A stretch of 64,000 nucleotides of DNA from Blasia pusilla (GCA_050084515.1 CM114271.1:13640001-13704000), one strand, 5' to 3'; positions 25,400-37,400 are shown, numbered from the stretch's first letter. The notes: generated by a model from the sequence alone, not told the origin. Translations and numbers: made by a program.

Positions 25400-27400
25400 A
25401 GTTATAGGAGCTGCTTTGCGTTTAGCATGGAGGATTTGGGTACGCTGAAGGGATCGGGGATCCGCATTGAGTTGTCGAGTGATACGCCAATCTTCTGACG
25501 ACCCTACAGGTACAGTGATATGGAGAGGGCTCTGATTCAGAGTAGGAGCCAGGACTTGGTCAGAGCAGGACTAGTGGAGATGTCGCATGGGGAGTATGCA
25601 TCTGCCGCTCTCATGCCCGCCAAGAAGGATGTGCATGGCAACTGGACGGATAGGCAGATGTGTGGGGATTACCGACCTATCAATCGGCAGACGAAGTCCG
25701 ATAGGTATGCCATGCCCACCCATGAGGAGATCTTTGATGCGATTGGTCATGCAAAGGTCTTCAGTTCATTGGATTTGCGAGCCGGATACCATCAGCTGCC
25801 TATCAGATTGGAGGACAGGCAGAAGATGGCATTTTGGGGCATCGATCCTCACGGGAAGGATTGTTTGTACCAATGGCGGTTCTTACCATTTGGGTTAAAG
25901 AACGCCCCGGGTGAGTTTCACAGGGTCATGGATAGGATCTTGGCTGGTTTGGATTTTGCTAGGTGTTATATTGATGACATCGTAGTCTTTAGCGCCACGG
26001 TTGAGGAGCATGAGCGACATCTAGAGGAGGTGTTTTGACGATTGCAATTACATGGGCTGAAGCTACATCCAGGCAAGTGCAAGTTCCATTACGACCAGAT
26101 TGAGTACTTGGGTCATACGATATATATCCAGGGGGCCTTGGTGTTCAGCAAACGAAGGTAGAGGCTATCTGTCGCGACCCTCATGACCAAACAAGTGCCA
26201 AGCGGAACATCGGAATATTAGCGGGCTCACGCTAAGATGGTTTGCGCGTTGGAGTGTCTCAAAGAGGAGACAAGAGACGAGACGCGAACGAGGAGTCGCG
26301 TTTCAGTTGTTATGGTCGCGACTAAGAAACGTGGACCAAACGCGGAATGAGACTTGGAAGAAGTCGAGTCTAGGAAGTGGGTTGCCAAAGGGAAGATCCG
26401 GATTTGGAACGCCACTAGCGTTTGAGAGTTTCCGACTGTATTTATGGCCATAACTTTTAGCTCCAAGATGCGTTTGGAGAAAATAAGGGTGCGATGGAAA
26501 GCTTATGGAGAGCCGGTCCAAACGCACTAGAGATTGCTGCAAACGCATAAGCAGCGGCTGAGATACGACCCGAAAACGACTGTAAGTGGAGTCGGGTTGA
26601 GGGCCACAATGAAGGGCCCGACCCTCTTTTCCCAAAGGGGAGGGGTTATTGGAGAACCCCAGAAGTACTAGTAAGGGGGAAGGTCTCCGAGAGTGCTTGG
26701 AACCCAAACCCCACTTTGGGCGCCGCGGGGCGGCTCAAGGGCATGGAACGGAACGCGAGTTTGGGCGTTGGGTTGGAAAACCTGCACCAAGTCCATTGAG
26801 GTGATTTTAGACATCCCTCTTGGAATTCACACCGCGACTCAATTACTTGGGTCTCGGTTCAGAACTCACCCGAGGACCGTTGAACAGTTGGGATCGCTAG
26901 GTGCGCAAGGGCCGTTTCAGATCCCTGGACCAACCAGGAAGTCTGTTCCAAGTCTTGAAGGACTTGCCATGTTTTGGAAGCTAGGAACTAAGGAAGGTTG
27001 AGCTTGATGAGACGCCGAGTTGAGGACTCGGTGGGTTGGAACGCCGGTTGGCCCAAACCCAACTAACGGAGTGCGTGTTTGGGTGCAGATCGGCGATGAG
27101 TTCGTGACCTATTGAACGCACGCTTCCGCAACACTAAAGATTAACGTTCAAGGAGAGTAGGGGCGCGACACTATCTCACGCATTCCACGCCCTACAGATG
27201 TGAGCCATGTTCGCGCATTCATGGGATTGGCGAACTTCTATCGGTGATACGTGAAGGGATTCAGTTCAATTGTGAAGCCATTGGCCTTGTTGACGAAGGT
27301 GAATCACGAGTGGCACTAGGGGGATGAGGAGGAGCGAGCATTTCAGTTGCTCAAGGACAGGTTGACTTCTGCGCCCATCTTGAGGAGACTGATCAGGGGG
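25400..27400 (+). pseudogene. Gypsy-type reverse transcriptase, interrupted by a solo LTR
   Basis: MCGDYRPIN, SSLDLRAGYHQL, LPFGLKNAP, YIDDI. KVEAI/SRIPRP rejoins when 26170-27170 and one TSD copy are removed. Confidence 0.93.
26170..27170. mobile_element. 1001-bp solo LTR of an unrelated retrotransposon inserted in RT
   Basis: TGTCGCG...CGCGACA termini; 5-bp TSD CTATC (26165-26169, 27171-27175). Confidence 0.88.
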
Positions 27401-27412
27401 TGTCCTTTCTAG

Positions 27413-27886
27413 TTGCACACAGATTGGAGCATGTTGGGGCTTGGAGCCGTGCTCACCCACCATGATGATGAGGGTAGAGAGTTCGTGGTGGCTTATGCTA
27501 GCCGCTCGAACAACGCTGCAGAGGCAAAGTACAACTCGTATGAGGGTGAGTGCTTGGCTGTGGTATGGGTTGTCGCGCATTTCAGGTGTTACTTTTTCGG
27601 CAACCCCTTTACCATCATCACTGATCATCAACCACTGAAGTGGTTGATGGAGTCCAACAAGCTTACAGGGAAGCTTGCGAGATGGGCTCTGTTGTTGCAG
27701 GAGTATGATTTTCAGGTGGTACATAGACCTGGGACGCTCAACCAAGATGCAGATGGGTTGAGTCGTAACCCATGCCCGAGTCAGCGAGATGCGACTGGAG
27801 CTCGATGGCATGGAGAGAGTGATGAGGAGTTGGTGCCAAGATGGCACGCGTCAGCCTATTTAGGCATGTTGGCTATGGAGAGCTAG
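27413..27886 (+). pseudogene. Gypsy RNase H
   Basis: LHTDWSMLGLGAVL, VAYASR, YEGECLAVVW, TDHQPL, LARWALLLQEYDF, NQDADGLSR. Confidence 0.93.
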
Positions 27887-28149
27887 AGTGTGGAGACTTC
27901 GATGGCGAGGTCTAGTGGAGAGTCCTTGGATCCCGAGGCCAGTGAGGAGACGACAAGTGGTAGAGATATTCATGATGATGGAGTAGTCTTGGAGTACCTT
28001 CGTACTCGCAACGTTGCGAGCACCGTGGATGCTAGAGAGCAGGATCGGATCCTATATCGGGCCTGACGGTTCCGTTGGGAGGGGTACATATTTTGAGGGT
28101 TTGGGAGGATGGCAAAGTACACGTAGTGCCGCATCCTTCGTAGAGAGCA

Positions 28150-29215
28150 CGACTAGTGCAACATGCCTAGGAGGAGTTGGGTCACTTTGGGGTGAAGCGG
28201 AAGTACAGCTTGCTCCAGATTCAATATTGGTGGCGAGGCATGCAGACTGACGTTCAGCAGTTTGTTGCCAGGTGCATGGTGTGTGATCGGGTCCGAGCAT
28301 CGTTCAATGCTCCGACTCTACAGTTGCATCCATTACCGATCATGGGCTTAGGGTATAGATGGAGTTTGGATTTTGCAGGACCTTTGTCTTTGACGGTGCG
28401 TCACAATCGTTATGTGTTGGTGATGGTCGAGCACTTCTCGAAGTGGATCGAGTTGGTTGCATTGCCTGACAAAGCGAGTGAGGGAGTAGCTTATGCCTTC
28501 CTTGACAGAGGGCTAAGTCATTATGGCACACCGGATGAGGTGTTGACAGACCAGGGTACCGAGTTTAGCGGTGAGTTCCAGGCCTTGTGTGATCACGCTC
28601 TGATCGACCACCGCACGACATCGCGAGATCATCCCGAGGCGGATGGATTAGCAGAGAGAGTTGTGCAGACGGTGAAGAGGGGTTTAAGCAAGTTTGGCTT
28701 GCAGAGAGGGCACCTAGGAGATTGGGACCTCCAGTTGCAATGGTTGGAGATGGGATACAGATTCAGCAGGCAGGTAGGCAGGCATCCTTAGCGTCTTTTT
28801 CACCGTACTTGCTACTTTATGGCCGAGAGCTAGATTTACCTGCGGCCATTTGTCAAGATGCTGGTGAGTTGCTAGACCTTAATGACCCAGATGTATGGGT
28901 GCGAGCATGTTCTCAGAGGGCTGAGTTGTTTCGGAGAGCGATGCCCATGGCGTTCGATAACTTGGCGATTGCGCAGCATCGAGATACGTTGAGGTATGCG
29001 ACTATTCGGGATGGTGGTTATCGACCAACTATCCGGAGGTTTCATCAGGGAGATTATGTCTACTTGCAGTAGACGGCACTGACGACGTTGGATGTGACTG
29101 CAAGGCGCACTATCTTGAGAGTGCGTGACGTTTTGCCATCCGGTGTTCTCTCGCTGGAGGGACGCGATGGTATGGTATGGAAGGACCATGTGTGTAATTG
29201 TGCACCATATCACCT
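28150..29215 (+). pseudogene. DDE integrase
   Basis: GHFG...CMVC zinc-binding region; core WSLDFAGP, LTDQGTEF, GLAERVVQT. Confidence 0.93.
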
Positions 29216-29273
29216 TCCTAACATTGATAGTACAGTGGATTCGAGCTTAGCAGTAGGTCCTGCAGGCTTGTAT

Positions 29274-29414
29274 TGTATGTTGTGTGGTTCTGCCCGTTGT
29301 GCGGCCACGATGCTAGTCTGTGATGGTTGTTCGAGAGGTTGGCATATGGCATGTCTGACGCCACCTCTCACTAGGGTTTCTCGAGGACAATGGATGTGTC
29401 TCAGATGTACATAG
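29274..29414 (+). pseudogene. PHD finger at the C-terminus of integrase/pol
   Basis: CMLC...LVCDGC...WHMACL.PPL...GQWMCLRC is a C4HC3 pattern, followed by a stop. Confidence 0.9.
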
Positions 29415-29601
29415 AGGAGATACTAGGTAGGTTTCGATCCCGACCTTTTTCTCTGACATGGATGACAGGAAGGCGACTAACGATGGGGCCACATGAGCAC
29501 CCAGCCTTCTTGCTCTTAGCGTCTGAGAGATGTATGCCATGGTAGGTAGGGATAGATGGCTATCTAGAGTTAGAGGGACCTAACCACCAGCTATGGGGGT
29601 G

Positions 29602-29729
29602 ATTGGAGATATTTTGGTACTTCGTGTCTCGTTGTTTGGATGGCATGAGTTAGCATGGGATCGTGCGTGTTTGTGTGAGTGTTCAGTGATAGCGATGTAT
29701 GTTGTGTAGCGATATGTATGCGCACGACA
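29602..29729 (+). repeat. Repeat B1 of copy 1
   Basis: 128 bp, attggagat...cgcacgaca; matches 30251-30378. Confidence 0.95.
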
Positions 29730-29731
29730 GC

Positions 29732-30250
29732 TGTCACGTCCTTTAGGATAGATCGGTGAGATATAGTAGAGCGTCTTCAAGAGTAGTGGAGGACATGCCT
29801 AGGAGGTTGAGGATGACCTGCTGTGGCCCCGAGAAACCTGAGAGAGCAATTTTCCCCTTCGTTTTGGCTCATTTGGAGCCATATTGAGGAACTTACTATT
29901 TTAGGTAAATACCATTTTGAGTATATGATCGACTTTGTATTTTTGGTAAGTGGCCCTTGACCTCCTACATCAGGTCAAGAGCCAAAGAGGTGACTTGGGA
30001 GAATAGGTTACCATGGAGAGAGCTTGGGAGAGGGGAGGGGTATATATCCCAAGGAGAGAGAGAGAGCTTGAGAGCTCATTCTCTCTTTGTTAAACCTCTT
30101 GACATGAGGCGGCGGAGCTATGGTCCCTTGCCTTGTGAGTGTAACCTAAGCCTCTCATTAGGAGAGTGGGTTTGGTTTGACATGAGAGAGAGTGGACACC
30201 TTTGAGAGCTATGGTGTGAGATTGTGTAGAGAGAGATTGGATCTTACTTT
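29732..30250 (+). repeat. Repeat A2 of copy 1
   Basis: Copy of 18975-19491, separated from B1 by a 2-bp GC linker. Confidence 0.95.
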
Positions 30251-30378
30251 ATTGGAGATATTTTGGTACTTCGTGTCTCGTTGTTTGGATGCCATGAGTT
30301 AGCATGGGATCATGCGTGTTTGTGTGTGTGTTCGCTGATAGCAATGTATGTTGTGTAGCAATGTGTATGCGCACGACA
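30251..30378 (+). repeat. Terminal repeat B2 of copy 1
   Basis: Copy of B1; ends CA, followed by TSD AGGC. Confidence 0.95.
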
Positions 30379-33300
30379 AGGCGCAAAGGAATTGGGATGA
30401 GATTCCACAGGAGTTTGGGGAAGTATAGATTGGAAACATTTGCCATGAGACTCTCCATAGTCATCTTGGTGGTTAACTATCCAAACGCGGTTTCTTGAGA
30501 TGTGAACCAAGTTTGGGTTAAGAACCACAACCAAGGGCCCGCGGTGGATGTGGAGAAAAGTAGGGTTCTACGATAAAACTCCCAAAATACCTATAGGGAG
30601 GGACCAAGGTTGCACGCGGACAAATGTCCGTCCCAAGGACGAACATGTCCATGCGGGCTCGGGTGCAGGCTCCATGAGCCTGTGTTGCCTGCGACCCGCA
30701 CCCGCACCCGGGCCCGTGCACACCAAGCATTCCACCCTTGCCCGGCCAGTGTGCATCACGCTCGGCGTTTGTTTTTCGGTAAGGCTCGCGTCGCGGACAA
30801 GTTGGGCCCATGTCGCGTCCTTTGATTTGTTGCTTCTGACCCTAGCCCACATTCGGGTTCTATGGCCCACGTAAAGCCTGCGCACGGGCTTCGTGGCTCG
30901 CGACGCCTACCCTCCGGCGCGCAAGCCCGCCCCGCCCTCCCCGGCCTGCATGCGGGCTCGTGAGCCCGCCTTGCCTCCCCTCCTTCCCCCCGGCCCGTTG
31001 TAGCCCGCGCGGGCCTTGCCAAATTGTGGGGCGCCATGTGGCACCGCTATTCGTAGCCCGCCGACAATTGCCCCCACCATAGCCCGCCGTCAACGGCCCA
31101 ATCGTTGGCGCCCGCATTGAGCCCGCGTCTCGCGAATCCCACGGGGATATGTGGCGGCCTGGGAGTGGCTAGGGGCAAGTTCAAACTTGGCCCCGCCCCA
31201 TCCCCTTCCCCACCTTCCCCTTTTCTCCCTTTTGGGTAAAACCCATAAGAGAAGGGCCCACAAGAGGCTCCAAAATGTACATATGGAGGGGGGATTAAGG
31301 ACTTAATTACCTAATTATCACTAATTTCCCCTATTTATCTAGTTTTTTGGTGTTATTTTGGATTAGGCTCCAAATTTTTATGGTGCCTTGATAGCTAAGG
31401 GCTTTCAAGGTTACTAGGAATTTTGGAGAAATCCCTTGGGTGCCTTTTGGGGGTACTTGGATTTTATTTAGGACCAACTTGGATATTTGCGCTCCTTGTT
31501 ACATCCTAAAGAAATTCCAATTGACTCCACATTAGGTGAGTGCTTGTGAGTACGGATTTTTTATTTTCTAAACTTGTTTGGCCATTTTGAGATTTCCGAT
31601 TCATAGACCCCACTGTTTTGATTTTGATTTTGATTTGTTTCATTGGTTCTCCTTAGTACATCGGGGATATGGAGGTGATCAAGGAACCTTATCTAAACAC
31701 ACCCATATCTACCTTTTCCCTTTGAGTGCCCAACCCTAAACTTAGACCGACGTTCCATCATTCACGCCCGCGTACATTCTGAGCCATTTTTTTAGCATCT
31801 CGCGTCATTATCTTTTCGGTATTTTCTTATCTCAACTCGTACATTTCTTTCCCTTGTATTTTTAAAAGATTTTTTTATCTTCTTCATCCGAGGAAAATAT
31901 CTAGTGGGGCTGGGTCATCAAGAGCGGAAGAGAACCGAAACAAGTCCAACGTTGGTGCCTAGAGGCAAAGAGAAAATTTGAGAAATGATTTCAACATGGC
32001 CGTAAGAGAGGCATGGTTAGACTAGTTTTTCCAGCTTTCTTTAGATAAGAGACAATCCTCCATTTTGAGGGGTATGGATGGTTTCCATGACTACACCTTG
32101 GAATTGTAGAGATTTTCCAATAGAGTGGCAAAGGCATTTGACTGGGAAGTGGATGCCGCGGAGGCTGATAGGTTAACTAAATTGTGTGACCAACAAGGTG
32201 CTAACCTGGAGAGAGCGTATGTCAATCTCAAGACATATAAGGATGAGAAGTAGAATGCTGCAAAGTTGGCTAGAAAGATTCTATGTAGAGTTAAGAAGTG
32301 CTCAACGTCTTTTTAAGGGACGTAGTACTTCTCTAAGGTTGACATTGACCATTCCATGTGCAATAACATTGATTTCGGATAAGAATGTAGTAGTAGGACA
32401 TGACTCGAGAAATATCATGGAGATTGGTTTACACGGAATTGTGTACTGTTGTAAAATAAACGGAACCCATGGCTTTAGGGAAGAAATATACAATTGCATG
32501 AAGGTGTAAAAGGAATCATCTCTATCAGGATCTAGGAAATCGATGATGCGCGAGGAGTTATTTGCAAGTATTTTACATCGCGATGTTGTCCGCATGGTGG
32601 GAAGGTTGATCGGGGATCCACTGCGTACCATTTTCCCATATTGGAATGATGGACACCTCTTAATCCAAGCACACAAGTGCAAGATCTTTTGAATTGGATG
32701 AAGGCAATCGTAGTAAGTGAAGGAGGGGCTCTCACGCCAAACAATTGGCCCAAATGCATGATCTACTTCAACCCAGTTGCTGCAGAAGGTTACTACGTGA
32801 CAGACATATATAAATCTTGTTATTGGCATCCAAATTGTCTTCATAAGGCCATGCTACTATCTCTCAAGTGTCAAACTTGTTGACAAGCTTGGTCAGGAAG
32901 ACTCTATCACCTTTTTGACATATCTTTCCGCGCTTCTGCTGGCAGTGCATCACCCACATATTGGACGTAAACCGAAGAGCAAGAAAATTTCACTTTCAGT
33001 TTGGGACATCGTAGCCCCCGATCGAACTATAACCCCGAAGTGAACATGACGGGGTGGTTCAAGCATTAATCCCTTGTTAGCAGAGGATTGATTGGGCAAT
33101 GCGAGCGTGGCTGGTCCGCTTCATTGACATGTACGATCGAGGAGAGCTCATCCATGAAATAGCCATTGATCTCCAAAATCAAGAGGCGGAAAACTTCTTC
33201 TTTGCTCAGAGGTTGAATCCACAAGAACTTTGAGACGCCCTCAATACAACTCGACAACTTGTGCTAAACCATCATCAAAATCCATGGGTGGATGACCTTG

Positions 33301-34379
33301 TTTTGAGGAGACTCGAATTGATCTTGCCACCTTTCTTATGACAAGATATTCCTCAAAGGATTGAAGGCGGATATCCTCAAACATACTATTACCCTCGTCG
33401 AATGTAGGAGGAACTCCTTGGATTCTTTGAGAGGGAGTGGGAGATGTTTTCAACACAGCCAACACAAGAAATAAATGATCGTGAAGCCCATGTTGAGTTG
33501 GAAAGGACTATTCCTCGTGGAGGTGGGACGCGCGTGACTAGAGCTAGGGGAAGAGGAGGAAGAGTTGGTGAGACGTCTCGACGGTCTTACATATCTCTGA
33601 TGATGAATCAGATTAGATAGAATGAGTTCATATTTATATCTTTGTAATGTACATAAGTATTAGGTTCCTCTCAATCCAGATGTTTTGTGAGGTACTCCTC
33701 ATTTTTTGTAAATATATTTTAAAAAAAATTCAAAATATTCCACTGAGGAGACTTGTGAATATGAGCCGGTCATAAATGTTGTCCATGAAGTGAGTTCATA
33801 AAATGGATAAATTTTTTCTCTTGGGTTATAAGTCCTTGGATAAGGTGTAGGGTACGATAATTGAAAGGTTTGTTTGATATAAATTTAAATATTTTATTTA
33901 TTACTAACTCTTCAAAATTTACTAACTCATCAAAATTAGTGATTTTATTTTATTTATTGAAAGATGAGGATTGGAAAAGGGATGAATTTGTTTTCCAAAA
34001 TTAATGAAGGAAAATATATGTTTGAATCTAATTGTAAAGGAAAATAATGTATGAATTTTTTTTAGTGACCAATATTGCATGGGGTAGAATTTGAAAGGGA
34101 TTTACATGGGATAGAAATTTTTTTAATACTATAATAGGTGAATATAAATATTACCAAAAAAAGAGAAAAAAAGATAAAGAAATTATTTGTGCCTTCATTC
34201 ATATGTAATGGAAAGGGAAATTGAATTTTAATGGAGAAGGAAAAGATTTGGTTCGAATTTTATGGAAGGGTGAATTTACTTACGAGACTAGGATATTATT
34301 TACATTTGAATTCATGACAATAATTACTTACAAGAGTGAAATATAATAACTCTTCTAAGATTTTACAGGATAGTGCAGA

Positions 34380-35310
34380 TGGTCCCCAAGTTACATCTAT
34401 CACTCTTGCAAAGTCTCAACCTAGATGAAGTTATGACCACAACTTAAAAAATGACCTTTTGGACCCCAAGAACTAAACCTTGAATGAAAAAAAGGTCTTT
34501 AATTTTTGATCTTGTCAAAAATTTCCATCTTGAGTTGAAATTTGGCTCACATGGTCTCCAAAATGTATGTAACACTCTTGCCAAATGGAGTTGGGACCAC
34601 AAGCTAAAAAATTGGCTAGTCCTTTTAGGACCCTAACCATGAGATCTTTTATCAAAATAAAGTTTTGTCATTTTTCATCTTCTCCAACTTTCCCATCTTG
34701 AGCTGAAATTTGGCCCACATGGACCCCAAGGTGCATGATCCACTTTTGCCAAGTTTTAAGCAAAATCGAGTTGGAACCACAAGCTCCAAAATTGGAAAGT
34801 CCTTTTTCAACCCGAACCATTAGACCTTCCATCAAAATGAAGTTTTTTCATTTTTGATCTTGTCTAAATTTCCCATATTCGGCTGAAATTTGGCCCACAT
34901 GGTCCCCAAGGTGCACGTTCCCCTCTTGCCAAGTTTCAAGAAAAATGGAGATGGGACCACAAGCTCACAAATTGGCAAGTCCTTTTAGGACCCGAACTAT
35001 CAGACCTTCTATCAAAATAACTTTTTTCTATTTTTCATCTTGTCCAACTTTCCCATCTTGAGCTAAAATTTGGCCCATATGGTCCCTAAGGTGCATGTTC
35101 CACTCTTGCCAAGTTTCAAGAAAAATGAATTTGGGACCACAAGCTCAAAAATTGGAAAGTCCTTTTCGGACCTGGATCATCAGACCTTCTATTAAAATAA
35201 AGTTTTTTTTATTTTACATCTTTTCCAAATTTCCCATCTTGACCTGAAATTTGGCCCACATGATCCCCAAGGTGCATGTTCCACTCTTGCCAAGTTTCAA
35301 GTTAAATGGA
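34380..35310. repeat. ~180-bp tandem array, ~5 units
   Basis: (g/a)aaatttggc(c/t)ca(c/t)at recurs at ~34536, 34705, 34886, 35064 and 35246. Confidence 0.9.
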
Positions 35311-35329
35311 GTAGGGACTCTCTATACAC

Positions 35330-37400
35330 ATCTAGCATCATCGATGCCGTCATACCGACCACATCTCCCAACACATACTTGTCCGTGGATCCATCTCACC
35401 TATCTCCACCTAGAGATATCAATTTATTTGATATCATCGTGCAACATTACAACTACGTGCCGTGATGATCCTTCTGAAGAGATCTAACACTCTTGCACCC
35501 TCCTCTAGACCCTACCACACAAAAGGTGTGGTATCTGAAGATATCAAGTCTCTCGTCCAAAAGCACAATTTTCATCTGGCTTTGTTTGCTCCAAGACACA
35601 AGAATAGCTCCACGCTTGCCTCATGAGCTTGTCTGCACTCCTTTGCAACTCAACGTTTATACCCAACAACGGTAAAGAGGTCTTCCCACCATGGGAAGAC
35701 ACCCACCCTGGCATGTCTCTCTGTGGGACTATATGCTACTAGGATGTCCTCTGTAGGGTTCTTATATCCCACAACTCTCTTGCCACCTACTCACTACATG
35801 TGAATGCTGCCTACGTGGTCACAGTATGGTCATGTAGTCGACCATCACTACGCCCTGCAAACTGCACCGGTAGATGACTCACCCTTCCATTACCTGATCT
35901 CCATCCTCGCCGATAAGAAACAGTATCCTTCCAAAAATCAAGGATGAAACTAAGGGTACAACATTGTACTCCCTACCAACACATCATACGGCTCTACTGG
36001 TGTTGTAATGGTTTGAGTGCGCACCATTGCACAATCCGACTCATGCTTTGGTTGGAGTCTAACAACTTACTCTTGTCGAGTCATGTATTGTGTGGGTGAC
36101 ATGCCCCCAATAGAGATCTTTATGTGAAAGGGATAAGGTTCAATGTCCCCTTTTTGTAATCCCAATGCCAAACATGCCACCTTCCCTAACATCAAGGGCC
36201 ACGCTCCCGAATCAAGCAGGACGCATTGCAAGAAATATACTATACCTATTGGACTAACTAAGTGAAACACTCTAGCTCACTTATCCAACAACACCACTCA
36301 TGGTGTCACCATGCCTCGCTCTATGGCTGGTCAAGCTGGCATATCCACCAACTTTGCCACAGTAGCTTGCCATGACTGAGTGGGGGATGTACCGAGCTCA
36401 TGCTCAAAGGTTGCATGGAAATGGACAAGTCAAGACATGTGCACAGACATGCCACTCAATTACCTGCGTCCCGCACAGACATGTCTATCCTAGGGATGGA
36501 CATAAGTCCGCGGACATGGACTTTGTTCGTGTGCAAGCCGAACATGCTCCGAGTGTAGGTCCACCACCTCCTCACCAACCTCCTCAGAACAAGAGGAAAT
36601 CACCTCTCCACGCTCACACATTGTGGCAGCCAACCGGAACACCTCTGCTAGTCCAACCCCCATCGTCGCCAATTCCATGACGGAAAAAAATAGAGCTTGG
36701 CTCACTCTAGTGGCCACCTCCAGCAATGTGGTCAACTCTAGCTCTACCCGAGCCAACATTGGAGATGTCTCTCTAACTGCTTGTGACGTGGCCACACCTA
36801 CCTCACATGTGGGTACTACTAGTGATCTAGGCACCATCGATGGTATATGTAATGCCTCCCACAACGTAAACGACCGATGAACCCTGTCTTGTCACCCATC
36901 AATTCCCTCCTAGAGGTCAATCTCAACCCCAACCCTTGGTGGCTTGGTCACTCTCATAGCACCCCGAGTCACCACCGTAGCATGCTCAACCAGATCCACA
37001 TTGCACATAAGCCTCAGACCTACATAATCTCCCCCGTATCCTGATATGATGGGGAGGATGGAGCCACACTAGCTACTCTTGTCTTTGTGAATGTCACCGG
37101 CCGCATCATCGTCATGGTAGCAATCCTCTGTTCCAAGTGATTGATGCGAGTGAGGAGCATTGCATCGGATGCACGTCCTCCATCTCCTCTAACTGGGGGT
37201 GGAACCCTACCACCACGGTCATCAACTCCTTGATCTCCACCAACTCTCTTGCCCCCAAGATCTTGGCCTAGCTCTTGGCGAAGATCAAAACACCTATCCC
37301 TAGTGTGACCATATCGGTGACAATGGTCACACTACGACTGTGGTGGGGCCATCCTAGGTGAGCAATCCCTCTGCCTGTGGGGCCCACCATTGAGTATTAT
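35330..37400 (-). mobile_element. Fragment of DNMT-gypsy family (copy 4): gag knuckle, protease, start of DNMT
   Basis: CDHCHRYGHTRDRC (~37290-37331), CVLLDSGAWPLMLG (ORF 36067-36270), DTTPFVW*GLEEGARVLDLFRRII (~35465-35535). Confidence 0.85.

Larger units (their letters stand above)
18975..30378 (+). mobile_element. Full-length degenerate Ty3/gypsy-type retrotransposon (copy 1): gag-PR-DNMT-RT-RH-INT-PHD with split direct repeats
   Basis: Starts TGTCAC, ends CGACA, flanked by AGGC on both sides (18971-18974, 30379-30382). PR-RT-RH-INT order is gypsy-type. Many stops and frameshifts. Confidence 0.95.

Noticed and set aside
18975-30378. DIRS/PAT/Ngaro tyrosine-recombinase element, suggested by the split repeats
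   Set aside because: Has an aspartic protease, DDE integrase, TG...CA ends and a TSD; no tyrosine-recombinase motif recognised.
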